From Curvularia clavata (lineage: Eukaryota), in assembly GCA_023920165.1 (NCBI GenBank), contig CP089278.1:2108001-2172000 (forward strand): a stretch of DNA of 64,000 nucleotides. Reading direction: 5' to 3'. Made by a program: the position numbers and the translations under genes. The notes beneath the pieces were generated by a model. The model was not told where the DNA came from and did not search any database. It worked only from the letters and a program-made list of their open reading frames with translations. How positions within the stretch are numbered: position 1 is the stretch's first letter; each line of letters begins with the position of its first letter. Below, one piece after another: positions 13,007 to 25,500 of this stretch.

Positions 13007-13548
13007 GGAATCTGAACTACTCAATCCGGACATGCCAGGGATCGATTGTGCTACTCGGCGCCTGTGCACAATGCATTCGGAACCCATCTGTTATGTCTAC
13101 CAGACCAAGGTTATTGCGCCTCCATTCTTGGCGGAGTCCATACCTGGATTTTTTTTTTATTTATTTTCTCTTTCTCTCCTGATTGGCTCGCGCATAGTTG
13201 CATCTGGCATTAGTTTTTGTGAGAGGGGTTCAACATACTACAACGTCTGGGCTTGGGAGAATACGACGTTGAGCCGAACGTCATCGTAACTATATAGGCC
13301 GAAGTGCTAGCTAGACTACAAAGCTTTGGTATAAAAATTGTGAACATACGAGCGATACTAAGTCGCTTGCGAATTAGAAACACGCTCATCGTTACGACCA
13401 AGAAGCAGCCTCGACTGGTGTGCTGGTGGTGATCTGCCTCATTTGGCCTAGCGTATCCCCCGCTTTTGGTCAACATCAAAATTGCTTCCCCAAGTCACCC
13501 CACAACACGACAGACTAACGCCAATTGTGTTGACTGCAGACCGAAAAT

Positions 13549-15010
13549 ATGGATATCACAAAGATACGAGAGATTGACTTGCCTGCGGCTTTTGATGCCC
13601 ATGTGCACTTGCGCGATGGAGAAATGTCACAGCTGGTTACACCCACCATTCGTAAGGGTGGTGTAAATACGGTATATGTTATGGTAAGCATGAAGTTCTA
13701 TATTTTTCCACTTCCTTCAATTTCCTCAACTCTCGGATGTCATTTCAACTTCATGGTCTTCCTGATATGGCTCTGTTTGAAGTATCTTTTCTTGTTTCGC
13801 TTCTCAAGCATATTGGTTGAGAGCTATTTTCATTGTTATCATATATACTCCATTTCTCTCAATTCCTCTCATCTGAACAATTTTCGGTCCATGAACATCT
13901 TATAACAAACGCCTGCATCATCTCCTTGGTAACGTAAATACTAGCCAAACCTCGTCCCACCCATCACCACCGTCAAACAATGTCTCGAGTACCGCGATCG
14001 ACTAAAGGCGATTGAGCCAAACGTCGAGTACCTCATGTCCTTGTACCTGCACGAGGACATAACGCCTGAAGTCATCCGTGAAGCCAAGAAAGCTGGTATC
14101 ACGGGAGTGAAGTCGTATCCCGCTGGCGTTACTACAGTAAGTTAGGTTTCAGCTCACTAAAGCACTACAATCATTTCCAGAATATTGAAAGGTGAGAAGC
14201 ATAACCCATGTTAACAACACCCGACAGAACTCCTCTTCCGGCGTCCTCGACTACGAAACTTTCTACCCCGTCTTCGAAGAAATGGAAAAACAAAACATGG
14301 TTCTCAATCTTCATGGCGAAGTCCCTTCTACCCCGTCTAACGCCTCCATCTCTCCCAACAACAAGGACTCAGCAATCACCATTCTCAACGCTGAACCCGC
14401 TTTCCTACCTACCCTTGTCTCACTACATAAGCGCTTCCCGAAACTCCGCATCATCCTTGAACACTGCAGCACTGCACAGGCCCTGTCTACCGTCCTCTCG
14501 TGCGGTCCCTCGGTTGTGGGCACAATCACTGCGCACCACCTTTCGCTTATCATCGACGACTGGGCAGGCGACCCATTCTGCTTCTGCAAGCCTGTCGCCA
14601 AGACACCGGAAGATCGCGATGCGCTGATTCGTGCTGTCGCGCAGAGTAAAGGCCGTTTCTTCCTCGGTACCGATTCTGCGCCGCATCCGAGGGTCAAGAA
14701 GAGGGGCGAGGATAAGGTGGCGGCTGGTGTTTTTACCCAGCCATATGCATTGGGCTATGTGCTTGATGCACTCGAGAAGGGTGTTGAGAGGGGTGTTATT
14801 AGCAAGGAGGAGGTTACGCAGGAAGGGCTGGAAGGTTTCTTTGGAAAGTGGGGGAGAGCGTTTTATCAGGTTGAGGACGGAAAGGGGGAGAGAGTTGTGC
14901 TGAGGAAGGGAGCAGAAAAGATTTTGGATGTTTTGAGCAAGGAGGGGGGCAGTGTGGAGGTTGTGCCATTTAGAAGGGGAGAGCATACTTGGAGTGTGGA
15001 GTGGAAGTAG
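13549..15010 (+). CDS. URA4: Dihydroorotase (homodimeric type), 3 exons: 13549-13683, 13945-14136, 14228-15010
   Basis: DAHVHLRDG, VYVMPNLVPP, GVKSYPAGVTTNS, LNLHGE, ILEHCST, TITAHHL, FCKPVAK, FLGTDSAPH metal- and substrate-binding motifs. Confidence 0.96.
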
Positions 15011-15249
15011 GGCTTGTATGTGCTGTGGAGTCTTGGATATGGGATGTGTAGAAGGACTCGGCGTGTAGAAGGGATTAGCTTGGTATTAGAAAGTCTGTGA
15101 TATATGCAATATATGACCTGCAACTGCTTTGAAACGAGAAATGCAATGCGTGGTGCGATACATCATGAGCTATAGTACGATCTTTGAATACTAAACTCAT
15201 CGTCGTCTGCTATCCAACCTAAATCCAAACCTGCGATGGAAATACCATC

Positions 15250-18200
15250 TCATAATTTAGAGTTCCTGTACGCTACTTCCACTCTCTTGTTCCAGTGTTC
15301 TGGAACAAATTCCACCTTCAGTCCGGAATGACGGGTGTACCTAGTTCTTTTCGAGTTTACAGAGCTCTGTGTACTATCTTTGCTAGGAATCGGGGACGAG
15401 GCTACATGTTCTGAGTTACGAGCGGTCTCTGATGCCTTGCTGACCTTGGCTATTTTCCTCAGGCGCTCATCACTGCGCGGCCTTTCTTCTTTGGTTTGAG
15501 CATTCGGTTCTTCCGTCTTTGTAGGACTTGGTGAACAGTCAGGTATGATGAATGACGACGTGCGCTTCCTGGAAGCTTGACTCGTCGCTGGTACTGGGAT
15601 GAATAGATCGGAACGATCACTAGGGACGGTGTTGATCTTCTCCTCGTCGTAAACGGGAATGCATTCAGCATGGCCATCGTCATTCGCAGTAGCATGAAAT
15701 CTTTCTGCAGTATCAGTCGGTGTGAACTGTAGTTCGTTCTTCTCTTGGGCGTAGAGCAATCCCAACCCAATAGAAAAGCCCACTTTGCGATCCACACCGT
15801 TTCCAGCGATTTTGTACTGTTCCCTCAGTGGCCCGATGATCGGCTCATCATCGCCAATTCCTTGCGCACGTCGAGCCTCCAGGAGACTGATTGACCTCGG
15901 CTCCTCCCAATGCACAACAGGGGACCCAATGGCGTTGGCAGCATTAGCCTCCGTTGTGATTGTTGGAACTAGTCCATCTTTCTTTATTCTTCGGAAGGAT
16001 TTGTCAGTCTTTTTTCGGTTGTTTCGTAAATGCAGTGGCACGAGCCCGCGATCCATGGCCTCTTGGTAGCCGCATCCAGACGGATCTCGTGGAATGCACT
16101 CCAAAAGAGCCCTCTCTTTCCATGTTGGCAGCTTGACTACTCTGTGGTCCGGGTAAGGGATGCATGCTTGGACAAGGCTGTTCTCAATGTCTGGCAATCC
16201 AGAACTTACAGTTCCGGCTGGAACATGGCGGAGAGGTGTCGCATAGGATTCGCGCATTCCGTAGGGAAGTCCGTTAGGCAATCGTCCAAGGCTTCTCGAA
16301 GCAAAATCTTTGTCTGGTAAGCTGTGAGTATGCCGTTGCTGCAGTATCGGATGGAGACCAGGTGCTGCTATCGTCAGAATCAAACGAGAGCGGTGTTGCG
16401 GGCTGCCATAGCTCCAAGAATCCATGATGAACTGTTTAACTTGATATCCCATGGATACAAGGGATGCTACGACCTGACACAGTAGATAGTCGGTTTTCTC
16501 TGATGAAATTTCCAATACATTCTCGAGTACAGCGTACAATGGCCGATAAAGGTCGACAGAAGAGCAAAAGCTGCTGATTAGAGATGCGTTATAGAGCGAT
16601 TTGATACTCTTAGTATTTAATTGAAGTGCGGAAAATGCTGCAAATTAATTAGTAGGTTAACAGCAGCTTTGCAAGATCACACGCACCGATGCAAGGACAT
16701 CCAGCAGCAATGAATTCCACTTCGCCAACTTCAGCAACAACCTCGACGTCACCCTTGAGCGCTGAGTCAAGGAAGTCGTTGACAGAACCGCAATACAGAC
16801 ACACCTTCTTTCGGCACTTAATGTTCGCTTGTTGTGTTCTGATAGCGTAAACATTAGAGTCAACGACAGTGCGGAACTCAACTGCACCGCCTTCTTCCAG
16901 ACCTCTGTCGAGTAACCCACCGCCACCGAAGAGGGACAGGCCTTTCAGTTTACGATCAGATTCGAATGTAAGGCGTTGATGGATATCTTCTGGCAGGCTT
17001 CGTAGAAAAACGAGTGCCTTTTCATTCTTCAGGTTTAAGCCCATTGATATAAACCAAAAGTCACCCGCACCGCCAAGATTGTAAGGGAAGGGTATGTGAT
17101 CATTCGCGACGTCAGTTTTTGACACGAAGCGTATATAGCAACGATGTCGGAGCTGAGAAATGTCCGTTTTATAATAGAAATCCGTCAGCACCAATTCATT
17201 GTCAGCTATCCGTGAACGTTGCGCTTTTTCAGCCATTTCCGAGCAATCTCGGCTAAGACGCAAGAGCTTCAGTACCCAAATTGAACCGTGACCTTCATCG
17301 ACGTTCCAAATAACAACTGGTTCTAGCAAGCCATGGTTATTTGATGGCTTCATGTAGACTGTATCACCCGGGTGGTACTCAATGTCGGTAGGTTGACGGT
17401 TTTTCTCTGTGCGACAATGACAGGTTTTGTGCTCTTCCTTTATGGTCACGAATGAGCTTTCTTCTGTAACGTATTTTTGTCGAACAAAGAGGTGCCTTGC
17501 GTTGACAACAGAGGGACACCAATCGACAGAGTACTTGCCCTTGATATCAGACAAAAATAGCATTCGATCCGAGCAATTACAGTTATCAGAGAGAAACAAT
17601 TCGTTTTCAAAAGGATAAAAGGCTTTGGCGATGTTTGTGTCATGGGGCCAATACAGCCACAACACAAACAATCTTTGGATACCATTGTCCAGAGTCTCGG
17701 TGCCCTGGACGTATGCAAGCCAGTCTCGCTTTGTATGTTTCCATGTTCTTGAGTCTGTTTCATCCGGCACAAGAACCACTATGTCGCCAACCATTACTTG
17801 TGATGTCCCATATGGTTTGCAATTTTCAGACAACTCGGCGTATGTGAGTGACGCCGGAATCTCGGCGAAACCCAGTTTTTCCTTTCTTCGCTCTTGTTCT
17901 ACTTTGACTTTTCTCTTCGGGCGTATCTCGCGTATCTTGTCGCCAAAATACGTGTCTTTGAAACACGCATATACTGCTGGCGTAGCCAAGGTAGGCGCAT
18001 GACTAATGCTCTGCAACGGAGGTGTCACAGATCTAGCCATGCATTCTGTCCAGACCGGTTGGTTGACTAGCCTGTCGGAATTGGGGTCGTGTTGAGCTCG
18101 GGTGAAGAAATAGTTGATGTACGCAACAATAGCAACCCGGAAGTCTGTTTTCTTCTGAAAAGCTGTATGCCACCTCTCGAAGTCGGGATTACCACCAAAG

Positions 18201-18859
18201 CGTTCCGCCAGGTACGAATGAAAGTTTGATCGAAAGCAGATGAGCGACCTCGACGCTTTGCTCATGTAGTCGATGACATGCCTACCCAGTTGTCCTACCC
18301 AAAGAAAGGCTTCGTGAAAACGCTGGTATCGAGGTGTCGGTTCGTTCAAACGGTACCAGATGTCATGTGTGCCACCCTTGGATGCAAGCTCCGATTGGAC
18401 ATACACTGTAATATTGTGGGATTTGGCGTCCTCGGGGTCCTTAGTGTCAATTCGGATATCCTGAAGAGTTATGCCTTGCATGTAGCACTGTACACTTCCT
18501 AGATACATAAAGCCATCGAAGCACAGCTTCTTGCCGCGTGGACCCCCAAGGAAATGCAAGCAGGTCAGTTCGTGTGCTCTGTATTTGTCATGAGGATGAG
18601 AGTAGATTTCAAAATGATGAATGTCAGCGACTAGAGGTTCCTTCTTAGGCGCATGGTTCGCAGGTAGGTTGTGTGAATGTCGTCTCCACTCGACCTGGTG
18701 ACTGTCAGTGCGATGAAGATACAAATCTGGTTTTCTTACCTTGAGGCGGCAATGAGCCTCGAGTTCCGGGGTGATCGAGATTGGGGGCGCCCAGTCGACA
18801 GCATTGGAGTGTGCAAAATCGTGTGACGACCGTGAACTGGCATGCTTTGGCTCAGTCAT
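15250..18859 (-). CDS. dim-2: DNA (cytosine-5) methyltransferase of the DIM-2 type (BAH region plus C5-MTase), 2 exons: 18859-16687, 16637-15250, about 1186 aa
   Basis: BAH-like LFVLWLYWPHDT...YPFENELFLSDNCNC. Motif I LKGLSLFGGGGLLDRGLEEGG, motif IV AGCPCIAFS (after splicing GTGCGT..CAG), motif VI YAVLENV, motif VIII GSPQHRSR, motif IX SLLEARRAQG, motif X GNGV. Confidence 0.9.
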
Positions 18860-19527
18860 CTGTCTGCGTATGTGAATCGCTTGTAGATGCCTGCAATGGA
18901 TGTCAAACTGCGTGCTGCAGAAGTGAGATAAGAAGACAAGGAATTCAGTATGAGAGCGGTATCAGATAGCTAGACGGAGCGAGCAGAGGCTTGGCCGTAT
19001 CCTACGGTAAAGGTACGGGTGGAGATGGTGGGCGAGACCGTGTGTAACCTGAGCAAACGGACAGCAGCAGATAAAAGGCATTTCCGAACGATGGCCAAAA
19101 CATTGGCAAGGCACACGCGGATACACTGCTACCCATAAAGTGAGTTAGGTAACGAGCAGGTGAGGTATTGGTAGCGAGAGATAAAGGAATAGATCCAAAT
19201 AGGCCAGAGCGTCAAAAGAGCCATCACGGCAGACCTCATACCCTAGAGAGACTCGAGGCACAAGTCGCCAACCACGAAGAATAGTAATTCATATCAACAC
19301 CGTTATCAGTTTCGTAACTATTGACAAGAAAACAATATGAGAATATATAGGTATCTAGAAAGTGTCATCTAATGTCCCGTGCTCGATTCCATCTCTGGGT
19401 CAGGGAAACCAGGCTCGTGTATTTACCGCTCATCAGAGAAAACGCCTGCTCACTGAACGCCCTTTTTTTATTTTGCATGTAACACATGCACATAACCATC
19501 AAGTGTTCATTGCGCGCCCGCGCTCGC

Positions 19528-20807
19528 CTAGTCGTGGGGCGCATAGTCCCAGATATGGCTCGAATCGTAAGTTTCCGTTTCTTCCTTTCTAGCCTTGGGG
19601 TCCTCGCCCCTCTTCCTCGCAGCGTCTCTTAGCTGGTCCAGCTCGTGGTCCATGACATTCAACTCGGCTCTGAGCTCTGCAAACTTCTTTTTCTCCTCGT
19701 CGGTGAAGCCAGGGTCTTCACCGTCCTTCTCTGCTTCTTGCTGTTTCTTCTGGAATACGTCGAATTCGCCAAACTTCTCGTTGCGCGCATCTTGTTTCTT
19801 GAAGTAGTCGTTGAACTTTTGCAGACCGCCAAAGCAAATTCCGTAGCCATCGCAGTAGCATGTGTTCATCGCTGGACAGTGCACTTCGTGTCCGGTAAAG
19901 ATGTAATGCCAAATATACTCAAAGACACGGCCCGAAAACTGGTCATCCATGCCAGTTGTCAACAACCATTTGCGATAGTGGATGAAGCGCTCAATGGGCA
20001 CTTCTTGTATGCGCTGTCGCGACACTGCAAACTGGGCGCAGCAGATTCCTGAAATGGAGGGCGGAATGGGTGCGCCGGGGTGGATCTCTTCCCAAATATG
20101 CCTTCGCCAGTATATCTCCTCGGGCTTGTGGAAAAAGTCAAAGTCACCACCCGGCCTGTCCATGTGTATCCAATCTGGGCAGCCCGGGTCGTGGTGGCAG
20201 CGCACGTTCATGTAACCCATGCGCGCGACGCGTTCGTGGTTGAGGCGTTTTAACATTTGCGCAGCATCGAGGCCGAGGAGCATATTGTTGTGCCATGCGT
20301 GTCGATGGGCGTGCATGAATATGGTTGTGTCGGGGAGGTCGTCGTAGTGGTCAATAATGTAGGTAAGGTACACCTGGCCACTCCTATTAGCCTCACTCAG
20401 CCCACGGACAGCATCAAGACGGCACATACCATGGCCTCGCGGCCCTTGTTCTTGGGGATCTTGTTCTCGGCATTGGGGTTGTCAACTTCGTAGATGACCA
20501 GCGGCGCATCCGGAATCTCCTGGGCCATCCAGCTGATGTCTTCCTTCTTTGTCTTGGGGACGACGATCTTGTACGTGTAATTGCTGCCAGGAGGTTTGAC
20601 GACGCCGTCGGAGAAGCGCAGGGGCAGGCCAAAGTCGAGAGGATCACCGCGCAACGACGGGCGATCGCCTTTTGCTGGTTTCGAGGGCGTCCATGTTGTC
20701 AGTGATGAGGGGCCTGCACCGGGGACGGCATGCAGGTACCACCAGACAAGAGAGAGGGCGAGGAAGATGAAGACAAAAGGTATGATCCTCGGCGGTCCGC
20801 TGAGCAT
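19528..20807 (-). CDS. DUF3431-family protein with N-terminal membrane anchor, 2 exons (intron 20429-20374)
   Basis: PKNKGREAMVYLTYIIDHYDDLPDTTIFMHAHRHAWHN, GYMNVRC, CCAQFAVSR, GRVFEYIWHYIF, which I recognise as DUF3431 motifs. N-terminal hydrophobic segment. Confidence 0.88.
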
Positions 20808-21112
20808 GGTGGCGGCTGGGGGCAAGCGCGGATGGGATGGAATAGGTGCATTCACGGCATCGAAGAGTGAACAGAGGGTGACGATGGCAGCGAGATGATC
20901 ATTGCGTAACAAACAAGCGCGGAGGCAGCGTCGTCAGCAGCGGCCGACCGTGGTGGAGCAGGCCGTATACTGTTTCACGTCACTGGCGGAGAGATCCCTG
21001 CATGCCCGTGTCTATCTAACTTTAGCCCTCCAACACGATCCAGCCCCAACGCATATTCCCCTGCCACCGCGTTAGCATCTCTGCTTGGCAGGGCACCATG
21101 CATAATACCTTG

Positions 21113-21133
21113 GTGCTTGTGCTTGTGCTTGTG
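21113..21133 (+). repeat. Short hexanucleotide microsatellite (GTGCTT)x3.5
   Basis: GTGCTTGTGCTTGTGCTTGTG read directly. Confidence 0.7.
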
Positions 21134-22554
21134 TATATACCACACACATGTACATATACAATCCCGTTTGGCGTTGTCGGCTTGCCCTCGCGCCGCCCTC
21201 CACATGGCTTTGTTTCTCTGCGCTAACATATAGCTAGCTTGAGCCTCGACAGCGACCCGGCTAATTAACAACATTAGCGAGCGCACTATGCGGCTGACTA
21301 CTCAGCAACATCCTCGAAGACCCAAAGGATGAAGGCGGGAACCAGGGGCAGCCGCTTTGAGGAGCAGGCTGAGCATTGTTGGTTCACAAATACAGTCGGC
21401 CCTTTCGAGATTCACATCAACAATACGACCACGTTCAATGCGAAAAAAAAACGGCTATTATGCCCTCGGTGAAGCAGTATACCAGGAGAGCAATTGATGC
21501 GTTTCAAGAGATGCCATCGACCCAGACCACATCGTTCTTTAGGGCTGACCAGACGCGCGGCGATTTGTCGTCAATGGGGTTCTTTTTCTGCGCAGTCCGA
21601 GAACGCTGGTACTGGTCACAGGAGAGCGAGCCAGAGCAACATTTTAGGTCTCGGCTTCGGCCAGTCGATAAGCCAAGCTAACGCACTCTGACGACATTCC
21701 TGGCCGAGACGCAAAACTTCAGTGAACCACACCAGGCTGGGGGCAAGTCGAAGCATGGATGAATAACCGCCTGGATGCCGTCCGTATGTGTATCAAGGTA
21801 AACTATATGAGGACAAGCTTGATTCCAACCCTTCTGGCCCTGGTATTACGATGATCAGAGCAGCAGTTGCAATTGCCTTCAAGGTACTAGCACTGCTGAG
21901 ATACTCGGAGCTTTTTGTACTCGAACGACATGTTCTTGTCTTTGAGTTTGTTCAGGGTTTGGCACAAAGCACGCGTAGGTAACCGTTCCATAAAAGCATA
22001 TAAAGTGACAGTCGGTTCCGTATGGAAAATTACATTGTGCAAGTGGGAGTAAAGTCAAGCCAATAAGCCAGCCCGTTCCACACAAGTAAAGCACAACGGG
22101 CCTCTGGGCATAATGCTTCGGGCTAGATGCGAAAACCAAAATGCACATAAAAAAGCATGTGAAGGGGTGGGAGCTTTCAGTCGGAACGGGCATTCCGAGC
22201 CGGGATAGATAAGATTAGATAACCGCGACAGTCGCTTGTAGGACCCGCTGCAGGGACCGGGCACCCATCACTTTGAGATCCGTCGTCGACGAGAACAAGC
22301 TCCCCAATTCCTGGCTGAGGATAGCGCCAGTCTTTCTTCTCGAGCCAAGATAACGCCGGATGCATTCCTTCGCAGTCAGCACTGTGGAAGAAGTTGTACC
22401 TGGTTTGTAAAACGTGCACGTGTCGCCGGCCAAGTTATGCTACACGTTGCATCTTCTTAAATCGAGAGTTGAACTTTCGACACAATCACGAACCTTGCCT
22501 TTGAGGCTACGTATAGCCACCAAGTGCTGCAGTAACTTGGTTAAATCTGGCAGC

Positions 22555-25500
22555 ATGAGAGCTTCAGCATCTACAATGGGTGCGAAAGCGCTCCTTGTAC
22601 TGAGTGCATTCCGACATGTTGGCGTATTGGCAGGTCCCAGTATCAACGTCGCTTTGAGGGCCGCCTTCAACCCTGCACCATACCTAGTAGAGCTGCTGTA
22701 AGTGAATTCCGAATGTTTTCAGCTTCTTGTGCTTACAAGGTCCAGAGAAACTGCAGCAGAAGAGAACGCGACCGCATACTACCCCATTCTCGATCGCGTA
22801 TCCGAAGGCTACTTTGACAGCAAAGCCACAGACCAGGAGCTGTATACAGCCTTTGTAGACTTGCTCTATAGCGATGGACATATAACCCAGCCAGAAGCTC
22901 TTGCTTCCTTCGAGTTTGCTCTTTCGGTTCGGTCGGCCGCGCCTCGGATCGAAGCACACTACCAGTTCTACAACACCTCAGTAGAGCCATCTCTGGTGGC
23001 AAAGCAAGCTGAAGCATGTGACATGTGGGTCTCGTTCCACGGGAAACAATATTGCTCTGCCCATCTGGACGAGCCTTATGGAGATATTACAGGCGAGCGG
23101 TGCGTATCACATGGTCTTTGAGATGACGAGGCACTGATGGCTGAACAGCACATACCAATTACCCTTTGACCGCATATTTGGCAATAGTTCGGGTTTGCCC
23201 GCGATTCTTTATGCCGATATTACCGCACCAAATTTCAAGAAATGGCACAAGACTTTGAGTAGCACTGCCAAAGAAGGGAAGACATCGTACCGAATCAGAC
23301 ACAAACCGTCCTCCAAGGCACCCGCATCGCCTCTGGTGGTCAATGGCTATGGCGTGGGCCTTCAGCTGAAGCGGACAGACTACATCGTCATAGACGACAG
23401 GCAAGCGGGAGATAACAAGAACACTGCACAGAAACCAATGGACACTTCCCTCAACGACGAAGAAGACGTGGCTGATCTGAAACCGCTATCCAAGGACGAA
23501 GTATCTGATCTCGGAATTAAGGCTGCTAGTTTCGTGATGCAGAGCGAGGAACCTATGGACACTCTGTTGAAGTTAGTCCAGGACTTTCCCAAGTACTCTT
23601 CTGTCATTTCTGCACACAATGCTTCCGACGCCTTTGTAAAAGGCCACACGAAGAACCTCGACCAATGGCTAATGGGTGGCCTCAATCTCATATCGATCAA
23701 TGGTCTGAACATTCCAGCTCGTGATGTTAACCCATACTCATTGTTGGCACATCTGCGGCGCGAGCGAAAACTGATCAATGGCTTCCGCAGCCAGGATCTC
23801 TCGGTTTCCGAAATTGTTTCTCTCTTGTCTCATGGATCGGGCCCGACGACCCAGACTCAAGGCGCACCGCAACGCTATGACTTTAGAGATACGGCTGAAG
23901 GCGGCAATGTCATTGTCTGGCTAAATGATATTGAAAAGGATGAAGCATATGAGGACTGGCCCACCAGCCTTGAGGCTGTAAGTGTTATTTAGCGCTATTG
24001 ATGGATCAAGTTGACCAAACCTCTAGCTGTTGCAAAGGACGTTTCCTGGGCAACTCCCCTCTTGTCGCAGAGACATCCACAACGCCATCCTCTCCATCGA
24101 TCTTACATCCACCGAACAAGTCACAACTTTGCTTGACACTATTCTCACTTTGATCAGACGCGGCATCCCATTGCGTTGGGGTATTGTCCCACAGACTAGC
24201 ACCCCTGGAGCTCTGGGACAGGCCAAAATAGCCTATCACCTACAAGAAGCCTACGGAGCCACCGCTCTAGAAATCTACCTCCAAGCGGTAAGGGCTACTC
24301 TTTACCCATGTATTTGTGGAACTAACATATGACGCAGTCATTGGACGGTAAGAAACTTGGTGAACCGGACAAGGCCATCTTTGACGCAACAGTCAAGTCC
24401 TCGACTCTCCGCAATGAGCAAACAGCTCTTACATTTGAGGAAGTCATGACTTCAGAAGATATAGAGAAACGCATTCTGGGCGCCAAGCAGTACCTGACCC
24501 GTCTAGCCGCCGAGGGTCCAGCAGCACCAATTTTCGTAAATGGTGTTCCCATTCCTGCGAACGATGAATGGCTCCAGAGCATCAGCCAAAGGGTCGGCAT
24601 GGATCTCCGTGAAATCCAGAAGGCCGTCTTTGAAGGTGCCTTTAGCGAGGATAGCTGGGTTCCCCAGCATTTCCTCGTCCAGGCTGCCAACAGACGCAAC
24701 CCTTTCATCATCCCGGAGAATGAGAAGAACATCATGCTTATCAACATGGTCCAGTTTGATGAGACTCATGGCCAAGTTTACAACAAAATGCCACGAGTTC
24801 ATGCATCCGAGTCTGCGAGCAAGAACGACTGGGTCCATATCACACTCGTCGCTGATTTTGATTCTTCGCATGGCTTTGCACTTCTAAAGTCACTCGCAGA
24901 CTTCCGTGAGGCTAACCCGACCGTTGAGGCTGTGTTAATACATAATCCCCCTGTTGGTACTGAAAAGTCAGGGGTATCGGAATATCTTCTACAGTCATCT
25001 AACAAAGCCGATGGGAAGCTCACAATCGAACGCTTGCTAGAACTCCTGGCCGATGATCATAAACTTGTTCCAGTTCCAGCTGAATCCAGCCTGTTCTGGA
25101 AATCTGCGGAGCCGATCTTTGATGCTTTTGCTCTGAAGCCGGGTCAGCACGGCATTCTCGTCAATGGACGTTATCTAGGCCCCATTCCAGACCAATACGT
25201 GTTTTCCAAAGACGATATCGAGACACTCGTAAGCTACGAAATCAGCAAGCGTATCGAACCTTTGACTAAGGCGCTAAACGATCTTGAACTTTTTGAAAAG
25301 ATAAAGTCACCGCTCGATCTTGCTAAAATACAGTCGTTGGCTGCGCTCTCAACCATGTCGGATGTGCCAGAGGGTATGTTCGAATCAGTCTCGACAACCA
25401 GGAGGAATGAGTATGCCAAGTGGGATCCTGAACACACCGCCATTGTCAGGGGTGACCAGGACAAGGCAGTGTTTCAAATCATGGCTTCTATCGATCCAGC

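Noticed and set aside
13514..13539. Branch/acceptor-like CTAAC..CTGCAG just before the URA4 ATG (similar signal at 11161-11173 before the DENN gene)
   Set aside because: No convincing donor site found upstream, so a 5'UTR intron cannot be supported without transcripts.
14690..15010. Abrupt switch to purine-rich sequence in the 3' part of URA4 (also in VMA12)
   Set aside because: The protein remains a normal dihydroorotase. This is a compositional gradient within genes, not an insertion.
22177..22419. Small ORF with ELVLVDDGS resembling a GT2 motif
   Set aside because: Only 80 codons with no other GT2 features, lying in the UGGT promoter. Likely chance.
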